DNA from: a virus
Length of the DNA: 42,387 nucleotides
Direction: 5' to 3' (one strand)
Virus genome (UHGV): UHGV-0157131
Below the pieces are notes generated by a model. The model saw nothing but the letters and a program-made list of their open reading frames with translations, did not search any database and had not been told where the DNA came from. Below, one piece after another: positions 16,445-26,000 of this stretch. Made by a program: the position numbers and the translations under genes. Numbering within the stretch: the stretch's first letter is position 1; every line of letters begins with the position of its first letter.

Positions 16445-18321
16445 TGGCAAGACGATCTGGCGTGAGCATCATGACCACCACCTACAGAAAGTTCCGGGGC
16501 GTGGACTTCACCAATGACCCGTCCCTGGTGGAGCCGTATCGATCTCCGCTGGCTATCAACATGCTGTCGGACAGCGGCGGGATGCCGGAAAAACGCCTCG
16601 GATGGAGAACGCTCCAGACAGTAGAAAAGCCGGTGAATGGACTTTTCTCTGCTGTCATTAAGCAGAAAACGCACTTTATCGTACACGGTGGAACAAAGAT
16701 TTATGAGTGGTTTGACGGCCCGGACGCCGGTGAGCCGAAGGTTCTGAAGGACGGCGTGACCAATGCAAAGTCTGTGGCGATCACTATGCAGGAAAAGCTC
16801 TGGATTCTCACCGGCGGAGAGTACCTGGTGTACGACGGAGAGACCGTCAAGAGCGTATCTGAGGACGCATATGTGCCGACCACCACCTTGGGCGCTGATC
16901 CGTCCGGAGCGGGCGGAAGCATTTTTGAAAGCCCCAATCTAATCCAGCCGAAACGAAAAAACGAGTTCATCCCGGACGGAGAGACGAAAGTATATCAGCT
17001 TGACAGCACGGATATTGACTCCGATGCTGTCACGGCCACCGTTTGGGGAGAAGAGAAGAAAGAGGGGACGGACTTCACCGTAGACCGTGCAAAAGGCACG
17101 GTTACATTCAATACCGCCCCGGAAAAGCCGTCCGTCGGCAAAGAGGGAGCTGTCATCATCACCTTCTCCAAAACGGTGGAAGATTATGCGCAAAAGGTCT
17201 ATAAGTGCCGGATCGTCACGTCCTACGGCGTCGGAACATCGGACCGTGTCGTGATCTCCGGCAACCCCGATTTCCCGAACCGAGATTGGACCAGCGGTCT
17301 GAATGACCCATCCTATTTTCCGGACCTAGGCTATAACCTGGTTGGAATCGAGGCCACGGCCATCATGGGATACCACCGAATCGGGGAGTATCTTGCCGTC
17401 ATCAAGGAGGACAACGGGCAGGACTCCACCGTATTCATCCGCAGCGCCAGCCTGGACAGCGACGGGAACGCGGTTTTCAAGACTAGGCAGTCCATCGCTG
17501 GTGTCGGTGCGGTATCCATGGCCGGATTTGCAAGCATACTGGACGAGCAGCTTTTCCTATCCGGTACTGGCGTCTATGCCATCACATCCAGCTATATCAC
17601 GGCGGAGCGGATCGTGCAGAATCGATCTTACTACATTGACCCGAAGCTCACGGCGGAGCCTGGTCTGGAAAGCGCACAGGCGGTGAGCTGGAACGGCTCC
17701 ATGCTGGTGTCCGTAAACGGTCATGTCTACATCCTGGACGGTCGTCAGAACAAGAGCTATCGCCCGCAGAGCCAGGGCGATTTCGTGTACGAGTGCTACT
17801 ACTGGGAGAACGTCCCGGCGGTCTGCTGGCTCAACTATAAGACGGGTGCAAGCGAGACCCTGTATTTCGGAACGGATGACGGAAGGATTTGCAGATTCAA
17901 TTCTGACGTTGAGACCATGGAGCGCTATGCGGACGACGGCGACGCTATCTTTGCCTGCTGGGCCACAAAGGCGGATGACGATGACGATGTTACCGTTCTG
18001 AAAACCATGATTAAAAAGGGGAACAGCGTCACCATCAAGCCGTATCTCCGGTCCAGCGCAAAAATTTGCTTCCGAACAGAGCGGGACGCTGTGGACTGGC
18101 AGGCCACCTATGGAACCATGGATATTTTCGACTGGGAGGATATCGACTTCTCCAGATTCACTTTCAACGCGAACGAGGCTCCGCAGGAGATCCTGTTCAA
18201 CACAAAGGTAAAAAAATATAAGCGGCTCCAGATCATTATCAAGAACGACGCCGTAAACGAGGGATTTGGCATATACGGCGTAACGAAGCACTATGTCAAC
18301 GGAAACTTTGCGAAGAGATAG
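16444..18321 (+). CDS. Tail nozzle/stabilisation protein (P22 gp10/T7 gp12-like role)
   Basis: 625 aa, beta-rich; FRGVD...NM...KRLG N-terminal pattern; synteny. Confidence 0.7.
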   Translation: MARRSGVSIMTTTYRKFRGVDFTNDPSLVEPYRSPLAINMLSDSGGMPEKRLGWRTLQTVEKPVNGLFSAVIKQKTHFIVHGGTKIYEWFDGPDAGEPKVLKDGVTNAKSVAITMQEKLWILTGGEYLVYDGETVKSVSEDAYVPTTTLGADPSGAGGSIFESPNLIQPKRKNEFIPDGETKVYQLDSTDIDSDAVTATVWGEEKKEGTDFTVDRAKGTVTFNTAPEKPSVGKEGAVIITFSKTVEDYAQKVYKCRIVTSYGVGTSDRVVISGNPDFPNRDWTSGLNDPSYFPDLGYNLVGIEATAIMGYHRIGEYLAVIKEDNGQDSTVFIRSASLDSDGNAVFKTRQSIAGVGAVSMAGFASILDEQLFLSGTGVYAITSSYITAERIVQNRSYYIDPKLTAEPGLESAQAVSWNGSMLVSVNGHVYILDGRQNKSYRPQSQGDFVYECYYWENVPAVCWLNYKTGASETLYFGTDDGRICRFNSDVETMERYADDGDAIFACWATKADDDDDVTVLKTMIKKGNSVTIKPYLRSSAKICFRTERDAVDWQATYGTMDIFDWEDIDFSRFTFNANEAPQEILFNTKVKKYKRLQIIIKNDAVNEGFGIYGVTKHYVNGNFAKR

Positions 18322-18332
18322 GAGGCCACGGA

Positions 18333-19688
18333 ATGGCATTTGATAGAATCACCCAGGACGAGATTTCCCAAAATGGTGTGGTCTCCGCCCCTGATAAGCT
18401 GACCGGAACCGCCGCGGATAACAAGGCTATTTTCGATAAACTAATCAAGAATATTGTCGCCCGGGAGTTCAACAAGCTCTTGGACGATCTGGAGGCCGCA
18501 ACAGGCGCGGCATCCATTGGGGCAGCTCCATTTGACGGCGTGGAAGGTAAGAACATTCAGGACCAGCTCAAAAATGTGCAGTCCAATGTTTCCACCTCTT
18601 TTGACGGCACGACGATCAACGGTCATAAGATCCCTGGAACTGTGGTTATCACGAAAGGCGATGTCGGTCTCGGAAATGTTGACAACACCAGCGACATGGA
18701 AAAGCCGGTATCTTCTCCGCAGCGGAGCTATGTGGAGTCTGTTGCGAGAGACTTTATTCTCGGTCAGCTCCCAGTCCCGCTGCCTATCACACAGGGCGGC
18801 ACGAACGCGGACACGCCACAGGAGGCACTGTCTAATTTGGGCTCTGGAGTTCGCCCCACACTCCTCCGCAACGGCTTCTTTATCGGCGGAGGCAGCCAGA
18901 AGGGAAGTGGAATTTTCCCCATAAATCATCGGGGGAAGCTCAGTTATGCGTACGGCTACACCATTGACGGCTGGAAGCTGAACAGCGGTACACTGACTGT
19001 AAAAGACGACTGCATCGAGTTGGAGGCGCCGCCTGAAAACTTTGCAACATTTGAGTGCGCCGTGGAAGCGCCTTCCAATTACAGTGGTAAGACCCTCACG
19101 CTGTCCGCGCTGGCCGAGCGGGTCAGCGGGACGGAGTACTGCTATATCACGAACGTCTTTGACACGTATAAAAAAAATGCGGCCATTCCGGACGAAAAGG
19201 GGATCTGCACCCTGACGGACACCGCCGGGACGCTGACATCCTCCCTGAAATTTGTTTTTGTATGCGGCAAGGGGTGCAAGATTCGGATGTACGCCGCAAA
19301 GATGGAGGAAGGTGACTTCCAGACTCTCGGATGGATGGATAAGTCTGGCTTGCCCCATTTGTTTGTTGGACCTAAATTTGGGGGAGTGCTTTCGGAGTGT
19401 CAGCGGTATCTGTTTAGGATTGGAATCAATAGCACGTGGGGCTATGCCGGTGACGCAGAAACAGTGTATCTTTTTGTCCCGATCCCGGTAACTATGAGGA
19501 CTACTCCCGTTTGGAGCGGAGCAATCACAAGATTGTATCCGTTTGACGGCAACTCCGTAACTGGCGTTACTGTGCTTTCGCTATCCGACGGAGTTGTGTG
19601 TTTACAGGTAAAGGGAACAGGTTTTACTCCAGGCAAAGTGTACTCTGTATCTGAGATTACAGATGGATTTTTGTCCGCAGAACTGTGA
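18333..19688 (+). CDS. Tail fibre/receptor-binding protein
   Basis: TKGDVGLGNVDNTSDMEKPVS, LPITQGGTNA and LSECQRY fibre motifs. Confidence 0.8.
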   Translation: MAFDRITQDEISQNGVVSAPDKLTGTAADNKAIFDKLIKNIVAREFNKLLDDLEAATGAASIGAAPFDGVEGKNIQDQLKNVQSNVSTSFDGTTINGHKIPGTVVITKGDVGLGNVDNTSDMEKPVSSPQRSYVESVARDFILGQLPVPLPITQGGTNADTPQEALSNLGSGVRPTLLRNGFFIGGGSQKGSGIFPINHRGKLSYAYGYTIDGWKLNSGTLTVKDDCIELEAPPENFATFECAVEAPSNYSGKTLTLSALAERVSGTEYCYITNVFDTYKKNAAIPDEKGICTLTDTAGTLTSSLKFVFVCGKGCKIRMYAAKMEEGDFQTLGWMDKSGLPHLFVGPKFGGVLSECQRYLFRIGINSTWGYAGDAETVYLFVPIPVTMRTTPVWSGAITRLYPFDGNSVTGVTVLSLSDGVVCLQVKGTGFTPGKVYSVSEITDGFLSAEL

Positions 19689-19695
19689 GGTAGGT

Positions 19696-20040
19696 ATGGA
19701 AATTACCAGATCGAAAGTATACGTACAGACTGATGAACATGCCCGCATCACCCGCTGCGAGGGTGGGTACACCACCCCCGCGAACCTGACCGGCTGGACG
19801 CAGATCGACGAGGGCGTGGGTGACAGATATAATCTGTGCCAGTCAAACTATTTTGCTGACGGTCTATATACAATAGATGGTATTCACCGGTACAAGCTGG
19901 ACGGCGGAAAAGCGGTAGCGCGCACGGCGGAGGAGATCGAGGCCGACCGGGCGGCGCTGGTCCCGACCGCGCCCACCGCGCTGGAGCAGCTCCGAGCAGA
20001 CGTGGATTTTCTGGCGATCATGCAGGGGGTAGATCTATGA
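19696..20040 (+). CDS. Tail fibre-associated/chaperone-like protein
   Basis: ATG 19696 after GAGGTAGG; C-terminal LEQLRADVDFLAIM. Confidence 0.7.
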   Translation: MEITRSKVYVQTDEHARITRCEGGYTTPANLTGWTQIDEGVGDRYNLCQSNYFADGLYTIDGIHRYKLDGGKAVARTAEEIEADRAALVPTAPTALEQLRADVDFLAIMQGVDL

Positions 20041-20171
20041 ATGTGGAGGAGCTGGCCCGGAAGTACTATCCTGCGCTCTGGGACAAGCAGCGCATCGAGG
20101 CGCTGGTGGCAGCGGGCCGCCTGAGCCGCGAAGCGGCTGAGGCAATCATGGAAGGAGGGAAGAAAGAGTGA
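20037..20171 (+). CDS. XkdX-like small protein (44 aa, absent from the ORF track)
   Basis: MNVEELARKYYPALWDKQRIEALVAAGRLSREAAEAIM; ATGA and GTGA overlaps with neighbours. Confidence 0.75.
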   Translation: MNVEELARKYYPALWDKQRIEALVAAGRLSREAAEAIMEGGKKE

Positions 20172-21535
20172 GCTATCGAATCTCGGAATATCCACAGGAC
20201 AAATACCGCTTCCGGATCTACGACAACGTGAAGCGGCTGACCTGGAAGCAGATCCAGGCGGAACAGGGGGCGGACTGCGTAGGCGTGGTCAACCTGGCAC
20301 TCTTCGCGCTGACAAACATCCCCGGCAAGGCAAAAGCCTACGACCATCAGAGCGCAATCATGATCGGCGGCGCGTGGGGTCTGCGACCTAAATACCACGA
20401 GTACGGCATCCTCATTGACGAGGCTGGCCGGCTCACCGTGGGCACCGAAGACCAGGCCGTCTATGATTATGCCATCGGCTGCCCGCCGGTGGATATCAAC
20501 GGACGACGATACACAAACAAGCCCGGCGGGCGCAATGGGTGGACCTATACCGGAATCCGCCCGGACGGCACGGTGGTAGTGCTGTTGTGCTCCAAAGATA
20601 CCCCCGAGACAACGGACACTCTAGAGGACGCCCTGCGGGCGCGTGGGTGCATCCATATTCTGCGCTGGGATGGCTCCTGGAGCAGCCAGGGAACCCTTGG
20701 GCCTGGCATGGATGTTACACCCAGCCAGCGTCGTATCTGCCGGTCATGGCTGTTGATTTTTAAACGTGACGGCGCGGAGACAACGCCGGACAAAGAGGAG
20801 GAGAAACCTGTGAGCAAAAAGATTGTCTGCCTGGACCCTGGCCACGGACCAGATACCGTGAACGGCTCCCCGGACGGAACCTACAAAGAGCGGGAGTTCT
20901 GCTGGGACATGTACGAGCGCGTTTCCGCGTTGCTGGAGTCCAACGGCGTCCACACCATCTGCACCCGGACGAATGACACAAAGCCGAATCTCACAGAGCG
21001 TGCCGGAGTGTCCAACCGGGTCGGTGCTACATGTTTTGTATCTATTCACAGCAACGCGGCAGGGAACGGAGGCTGGTACGATGCCAGCGGTCTTGAAGTA
21101 ATTACCAGCGCAGGTCCTATGACCGCTCAGCGAAACATCTTGGCTACGGATATGGTCAACGCTTTTCACGCGGCTGGAGTTACGCTTCGTTCCACACCGA
21201 TTATTCACGATGACGAACTTACTGTTTTGGTAAAGACAGACGCCCCCGCCGTGCTTATCGAGTACGGATTCCACACCAACAAGGGGGACGTGGCCCTTTT
21301 GAAAGAGTCCGCGTACCGTGACCGTCTTGCGGAGGCAACCGCACGTGGTATTTGCAAATGGCTCGGCGTTTCGTGGAAAGATGAAAACCAGGACGAAAGT
21401 CAGACGCCTTGGTATGCAGAAGCGCAGGAGTGGGCGGTGAAAAACGGCATTTCGGACGGAACCAGACCGAACGATACCTGTACCCGGGCCGAGGTCTGGA
21501 GCATGCTGATGCGTCTGACTGACGCCGGAAAGTGA
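20168..21535 (+). CDS. Endolysin: phosphodiester-glycosidase-like domain + Amidase_3 + SLH
   Basis: RNGWTYTG...WDGSWSSQ; CLDPGHG, FVSIHSNA, AVLIEYGFH; WYAEAQEWAVKNGISDGTRPNDTCTRAE. Confidence 0.88.
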   Translation: MSYRISEYPQDKYRFRIYDNVKRLTWKQIQAEQGADCVGVVNLALFALTNIPGKAKAYDHQSAIMIGGAWGLRPKYHEYGILIDEAGRLTVGTEDQAVYDYAIGCPPVDINGRRYTNKPGGRNGWTYTGIRPDGTVVVLLCSKDTPETTDTLEDALRARGCIHILRWDGSWSSQGTLGPGMDVTPSQRRICRSWLLIFKRDGAETTPDKEEEKPVSKKIVCLDPGHGPDTVNGSPDGTYKEREFCWDMYERVSALLESNGVHTICTRTNDTKPNLTERAGVSNRVGATCFVSIHSNAAGNGGWYDASGLEVITSAGPMTAQRNILATDMVNAFHAAGVTLRSTPIIHDDELTVLVKTDAPAVLIEYGFHTNKGDVALLKESAYRDRLAEATARGICKWLGVSWKDENQDESQTPWYAEAQEWAVKNGISDGTRPNDTCTRAEVWSMLMRLTDAGK

Positions 21536-21542
21536 GGGGCTT

Positions 21543-23003
21543 ATGGCAAAAACCATTGAGGATTATCAGCGCGAATATCAGGAAGCGCGCAATCGCGGCG
21601 ACGCAGCCGGGATGCAGGCGGCCAATGATGGGGCAAACGCGATCCGGAAGTCTCAGGGGCAGTCCCCGCAGTATGCCACATCCGATATCAACAAGTACAA
21701 AAATAACTCCGGAACGAACAATGTGAGCGTTTCTTCCGGAAACACCTCTTCCGGAGGAGGAAAATCCTCCTCCAGCTCCGGCAGCTATCAGAACTACACC
21801 GGCGGAAACCAGGAGATGGATGACAAACTGTCCTACTGGCAGAACAAATACCAGGAGGCCCGGCAGAATGGCGACTGGCAGGGCATGCAGAACGCCAATA
21901 ACGAGGCGAACAAGATTCGCAACGAGTATGGATATGCGGCCCAGCACGCCACGGACGACATCAATAAGTACCGCCCCAGCGGAAGCGGCAGCGGGTCCTG
22001 GGGCAGCGGATACTATAACCAGGATTATATGAACAATATGAACAACTGGTATTCGCAGATCCAGGCGGAACTGGAGGCGGCTCAGAGAGCGGCGGTTGAC
22101 CAGGCCGTCGGTCAGCTGGAGAGCCAGAAATACGACATCAACCAGAGTTATGACGATCTCTATCGTCAGCTTTACATGGACCGCCGCCGTGCAGAAAAAA
22201 ACCTGCCCCAGCAGCTGGCGGCCATGGGCATCTCCGGCGGCATGACCGAAAGCGCGGCTCTTGGCATCCAGAACGACTATTCCAATGCCCTCCAGCAGGG
22301 AGAGCGGGAAAAGCTCAATACGCTGCGCGGCATTGACCAGGCAATCTCTGAGGCCCGCCTTAGCGGTGACATCGGTCTCGCCCAGCAGGCGGCTGAGCTT
22401 GCCATGAACCAGCTGAATACATACGCCAATACCATTGCGGCCATGCAGGCCCAGCAGAATTGGCAGCAGCAGTTCGACACATCGAACAGCCAGTGGCAGC
22501 AGCAGTTTGACACAGCTAATAAGCAGTGGCAAATGCAGTGGGACCGTCAGGGTGTTTTGGACCAGATCTCCAGAGACGATATCTCCTACGACCGAAAGCT
22601 CTTTGCGGCTCAGTATCTGTATGAAACTACCGGCGACGCCAGCGGTCTGAAAATGCTCGGCTATACGGATTCGCAGATTGCTGCGCTCCGAAACAGTTAC
22701 GCGCAGGCAATGGCGCAGCGGTCTACCTACTCTTCCGGCGGAGGTGGTGGAGGGACCGGAAAAGATGTTCGGTTTGACGAAGGGAATAACAAATATAAAG
22801 TTGCCGCACCCGGCCCGACCGCAAACCGCCAGAATATCACGACATATGAGCAGCTTTCTCCGGCGGCGCAGAACGCGGCAAATAACCTCGCCAAAAGCTA
22901 TGCTGACAACGAAACGAAAGGACAGTATATTCTCGGACTTGAATCCAATGGAGCAATTACAGAGCAGGAGACTATGTTTTTGATTGGCCTTTTGGGGCAA
23001 TAA
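21543..23003 (+). CDS. Putative internal virion (ejection) protein
   Basis: 486 aa, Q/N/G/S-rich coiled coil; duplicated YQEAR..GD..GMQ.AN..AN.IR motif. Confidence 0.7.
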   Translation: MAKTIEDYQREYQEARNRGDAAGMQAANDGANAIRKSQGQSPQYATSDINKYKNNSGTNNVSVSSGNTSSGGGKSSSSSGSYQNYTGGNQEMDDKLSYWQNKYQEARQNGDWQGMQNANNEANKIRNEYGYAAQHATDDINKYRPSGSGSGSWGSGYYNQDYMNNMNNWYSQIQAELEAAQRAAVDQAVGQLESQKYDINQSYDDLYRQLYMDRRRAEKNLPQQLAAMGISGGMTESAALGIQNDYSNALQQGEREKLNTLRGIDQAISEARLSGDIGLAQQAAELAMNQLNTYANTIAAMQAQQNWQQQFDTSNSQWQQQFDTANKQWQMQWDRQGVLDQISRDDISYDRKLFAAQYLYETTGDASGLKMLGYTDSQIAALRNSYAQAMAQRSTYSSGGGGGGTGKDVRFDEGNNKYKVAAPGPTANRQNITTYEQLSPAAQNAANNLAKSYADNETKGQYILGLESNGAITEQETMFLIGLLGQ

Positions 23004-23012
23004 GGAGGGCGT

Positions 23013-26000
23013 ATGGCATTAAGTGAAAGCCGAAAAAAATGGTATGAAGAAAAACTTAACGCTCTCAAAAAAGAAGATCAGAAATGGGAACAGTCCAGAC
23101 AGGAGTATTGGGCCTCCCGCCCGAAGCCTCTTCCTACCGCGACCAGAGTCAACAAAGTGGACGTGCAGGACGAACGGGCAGCCCAGAGTAGGGACAGAGT
23201 CAATACCGCCAACCAGCGTATGGCGAATCTGTCCGCGAAGCAGTCCGGCCTTCTTCCGCTTGGCTCCGGGGAGCGCATGGAAGATGTAAACTCGGAGCTC
23301 TCCGCGCTGCGTCATGAGCAGGACCTTGTTTCGCAGTACAACAACGATTTGTCCTATCGGGTCAAGCGCGGCCTCGGATACGGAACAGAGCGGGCCGGTT
23401 CTGCGCTTCTTGGTGCGGCTGAGGGCCTCACTGACATCATCGGCAGCGGATTCTATGCTGGCCTTTCCGGGCTCACCTCCCTGGGCGGGCTGGCACCGAA
23501 CCCTGTTTCGGAATGGGCGCTGGATCAGGGACAGGCGTTCCTGGACAACAGCGTTACACGAGATTGGGAGGAATCCATTGAGAAGCGGTATAAACCTACC
23601 GAAGCAGAGCGGAAAGTCACCGGGATCGGTCAATCCGTTGCTCAGATGCTTCCGGCTATCGGCGTGTCGAAGGTCGTTGGGGCTGCACAGGCCGCGCCGA
23701 AGGCGGTCAGCGCCGCAAAAGGATTGCTGACCGGCGAACGGGTCGGACAGGCCCTGTTCGGCCTCCAGGCCGCCGGAAACGCCGCTTCCCAGGCGAAGCA
23801 GGAAGGTGCCGGCCTTGGGCAGTCGGTCGCCTACGGCGCGGCCTCCGGCCTTACGGAGTCTTTGATTGAGCGGGTATCCGGAGGCATTCCCGGACTTGGG
23901 AAGGGCGTTCTGGACGACGTGGCGGCCCGTGTGGCGTCCAATCCGATTGTCCGCAATTCGTTGGACATTCTCGGAGAAGGCGGAGAGGAGGCCGTGTCCG
24001 CTGTTCTTGACCCGTATCTCCGCCGGGCCATGTACGACCCTGACGCCAAAAATGCCACGCCCCAGGAGATCGCAGAGGCAGCCGTCACCGGCGCGATTGC
24101 AGCCGGTGTTCTGAAAGGCGGGATCGAACTGCCTACGGCGGTCGGCAATACCGTGTCCAGAGTCAGAACTGTGCGCGATTCCGTCGGCACGAATCAGGAT
24201 ATCGCGGCTCGCGTCAATGCCAGTATCGCAGAGGGGAATGGACCGTTCCGTCCCTATGAACAGAATCGGACTGAATCTAAGATGGATCGAGTTCCTGGTG
24301 AGTACCGTGCGGAAACGCCTCAAAATGTAGAATATCCGACAGTGCCTATCATCAACCTTTCTATGCAGAATGTTGCAGATATGAATGGAGGAACTCTTCC
24401 TGCGAGTGGAAATGCGCTGCGGAAGCAGGCTATCTCCAGAGCTAGAAAGAATCTTGGTTTGGATGAAACTGGCACTATTTATATACCGGCAAGCAATGTG
24501 ACCAGAAATGGTGAGGAATATATTCTCAAAATAACAAGATCTACTTTGAACAAAATGCTTTCTCCATCCAATGGTGGCGTTGTGCAGCCGGAAAGTCTTG
24601 TTGTTTTAGACAATATTGATAGAATTGCCAACAATGGCGTGTACTTCAAAAGCGAAGGAGACCGAAAAGGAAGAGATCAGATCGCTGGATATGACCATCT
24701 GATGACCACAGTATATATTGATAACCAGCCATACACTGTGGATATGCGCGTCCGCGTTTATGATGAAAAAACAGGCGGAGGCAACACGCTATACTACTTT
24801 ACTCCAGAAGAAATTATCACTACAAAAAAAGTAGATGCAGACCTCCCTACGGGCACGCTGCACGAACGTACCATGATTCAGGAGGCTGCACCTACTTCTA
24901 TATCTACTATACCACAGAACCGGTCATATGGCAACCAAAAAGCAGGTCAGGATATTGAGTCTCTTAAACGAAAGACCGGTATTGAAGTGCCGATTGCACA
25001 GCGCACATGGGAGGACGCGTCTAACCGGAAGGTCAACGCATTCCAGTACGACCACCCGGAACTGCGCCCCTACTACCAGCAGGCGGCCCGTGAACTGCAA
25101 ACCGAACTGCTTTCCGGCACGAAGGGCGAACGGTTCGCCATCACTGATTCGGACGGCTACGTCACCGGGTACACCGGCACAAAGCGGTCTGTTTCGGAGC
25201 CGGTGGCGCAGGCCCGCGACAATGCGAATCTGAGCTATGAGCAGATTCAGAAGGCCATTGACGACCTGATCGCAGACCACGGGCAGGAGAACTATGCCGC
25301 CGCCAAAAAGGTGGAAATGGTGCTGGACGACATGCTTACCAACGGATATACTGACGTATCCGGTCAGTATGTAGAGCCGAACGAGGCTTATGTTGCGGCC
25401 CGTGATGGCGTGTTTTCCGCGCAGCAGGACGGGGACAGCCAGTACCGCATGAGCGAAGAGGAATGGAACTCTATCTTTGCGCAGGATGTTGGACCGGAAA
25501 GCTCCGTCGGCGCTGCGTCCTATGGATTTGACCCTTACACCAACCTGCAAGGCCGGTATGGGACTATCCAGCCGGGCGAAAATCCGGCGCGTGTGGTGGA
25601 TGTCCCCAGCCGGACAGAGGATCACAACAAGGTATCTCTGACCGCTCGTACCGTCATGGAGGCGGCGGCCACACCGGACGCAGCGGTCCCTGTCATTGCA
25701 CAGATGGTGGTTGACGGACGCTTTTCCCACATTCCGGTATCCAATGCACAGCGGGCCGAAATGGCGGAAAACCGCATCCAAAAGGCCGGATACCAGGACG
25801 CCCTTTCCAATTGGAGAGCGGATGTCCGTGCTGGCAAATCTTCCGCAGACATCACCGCTATGGGCGCTCAGCTGTATAATGCAGCAGTCAATGCAGGGCG
25901 CACCGGCGAGGCCATGGACATCCTCTATGACTATACTCAGGCCATCCGATCGGGCGCACAGGCCACGCAGGCGGCCAGAATCCTGAAAACGCTGACTCCT

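Noticed and set aside
18333..19688. Diversity-generating retroelement or invertible fibre cassette
   Set aside because: No reverse transcriptase or invertase, and no template/variable repeat pair seen
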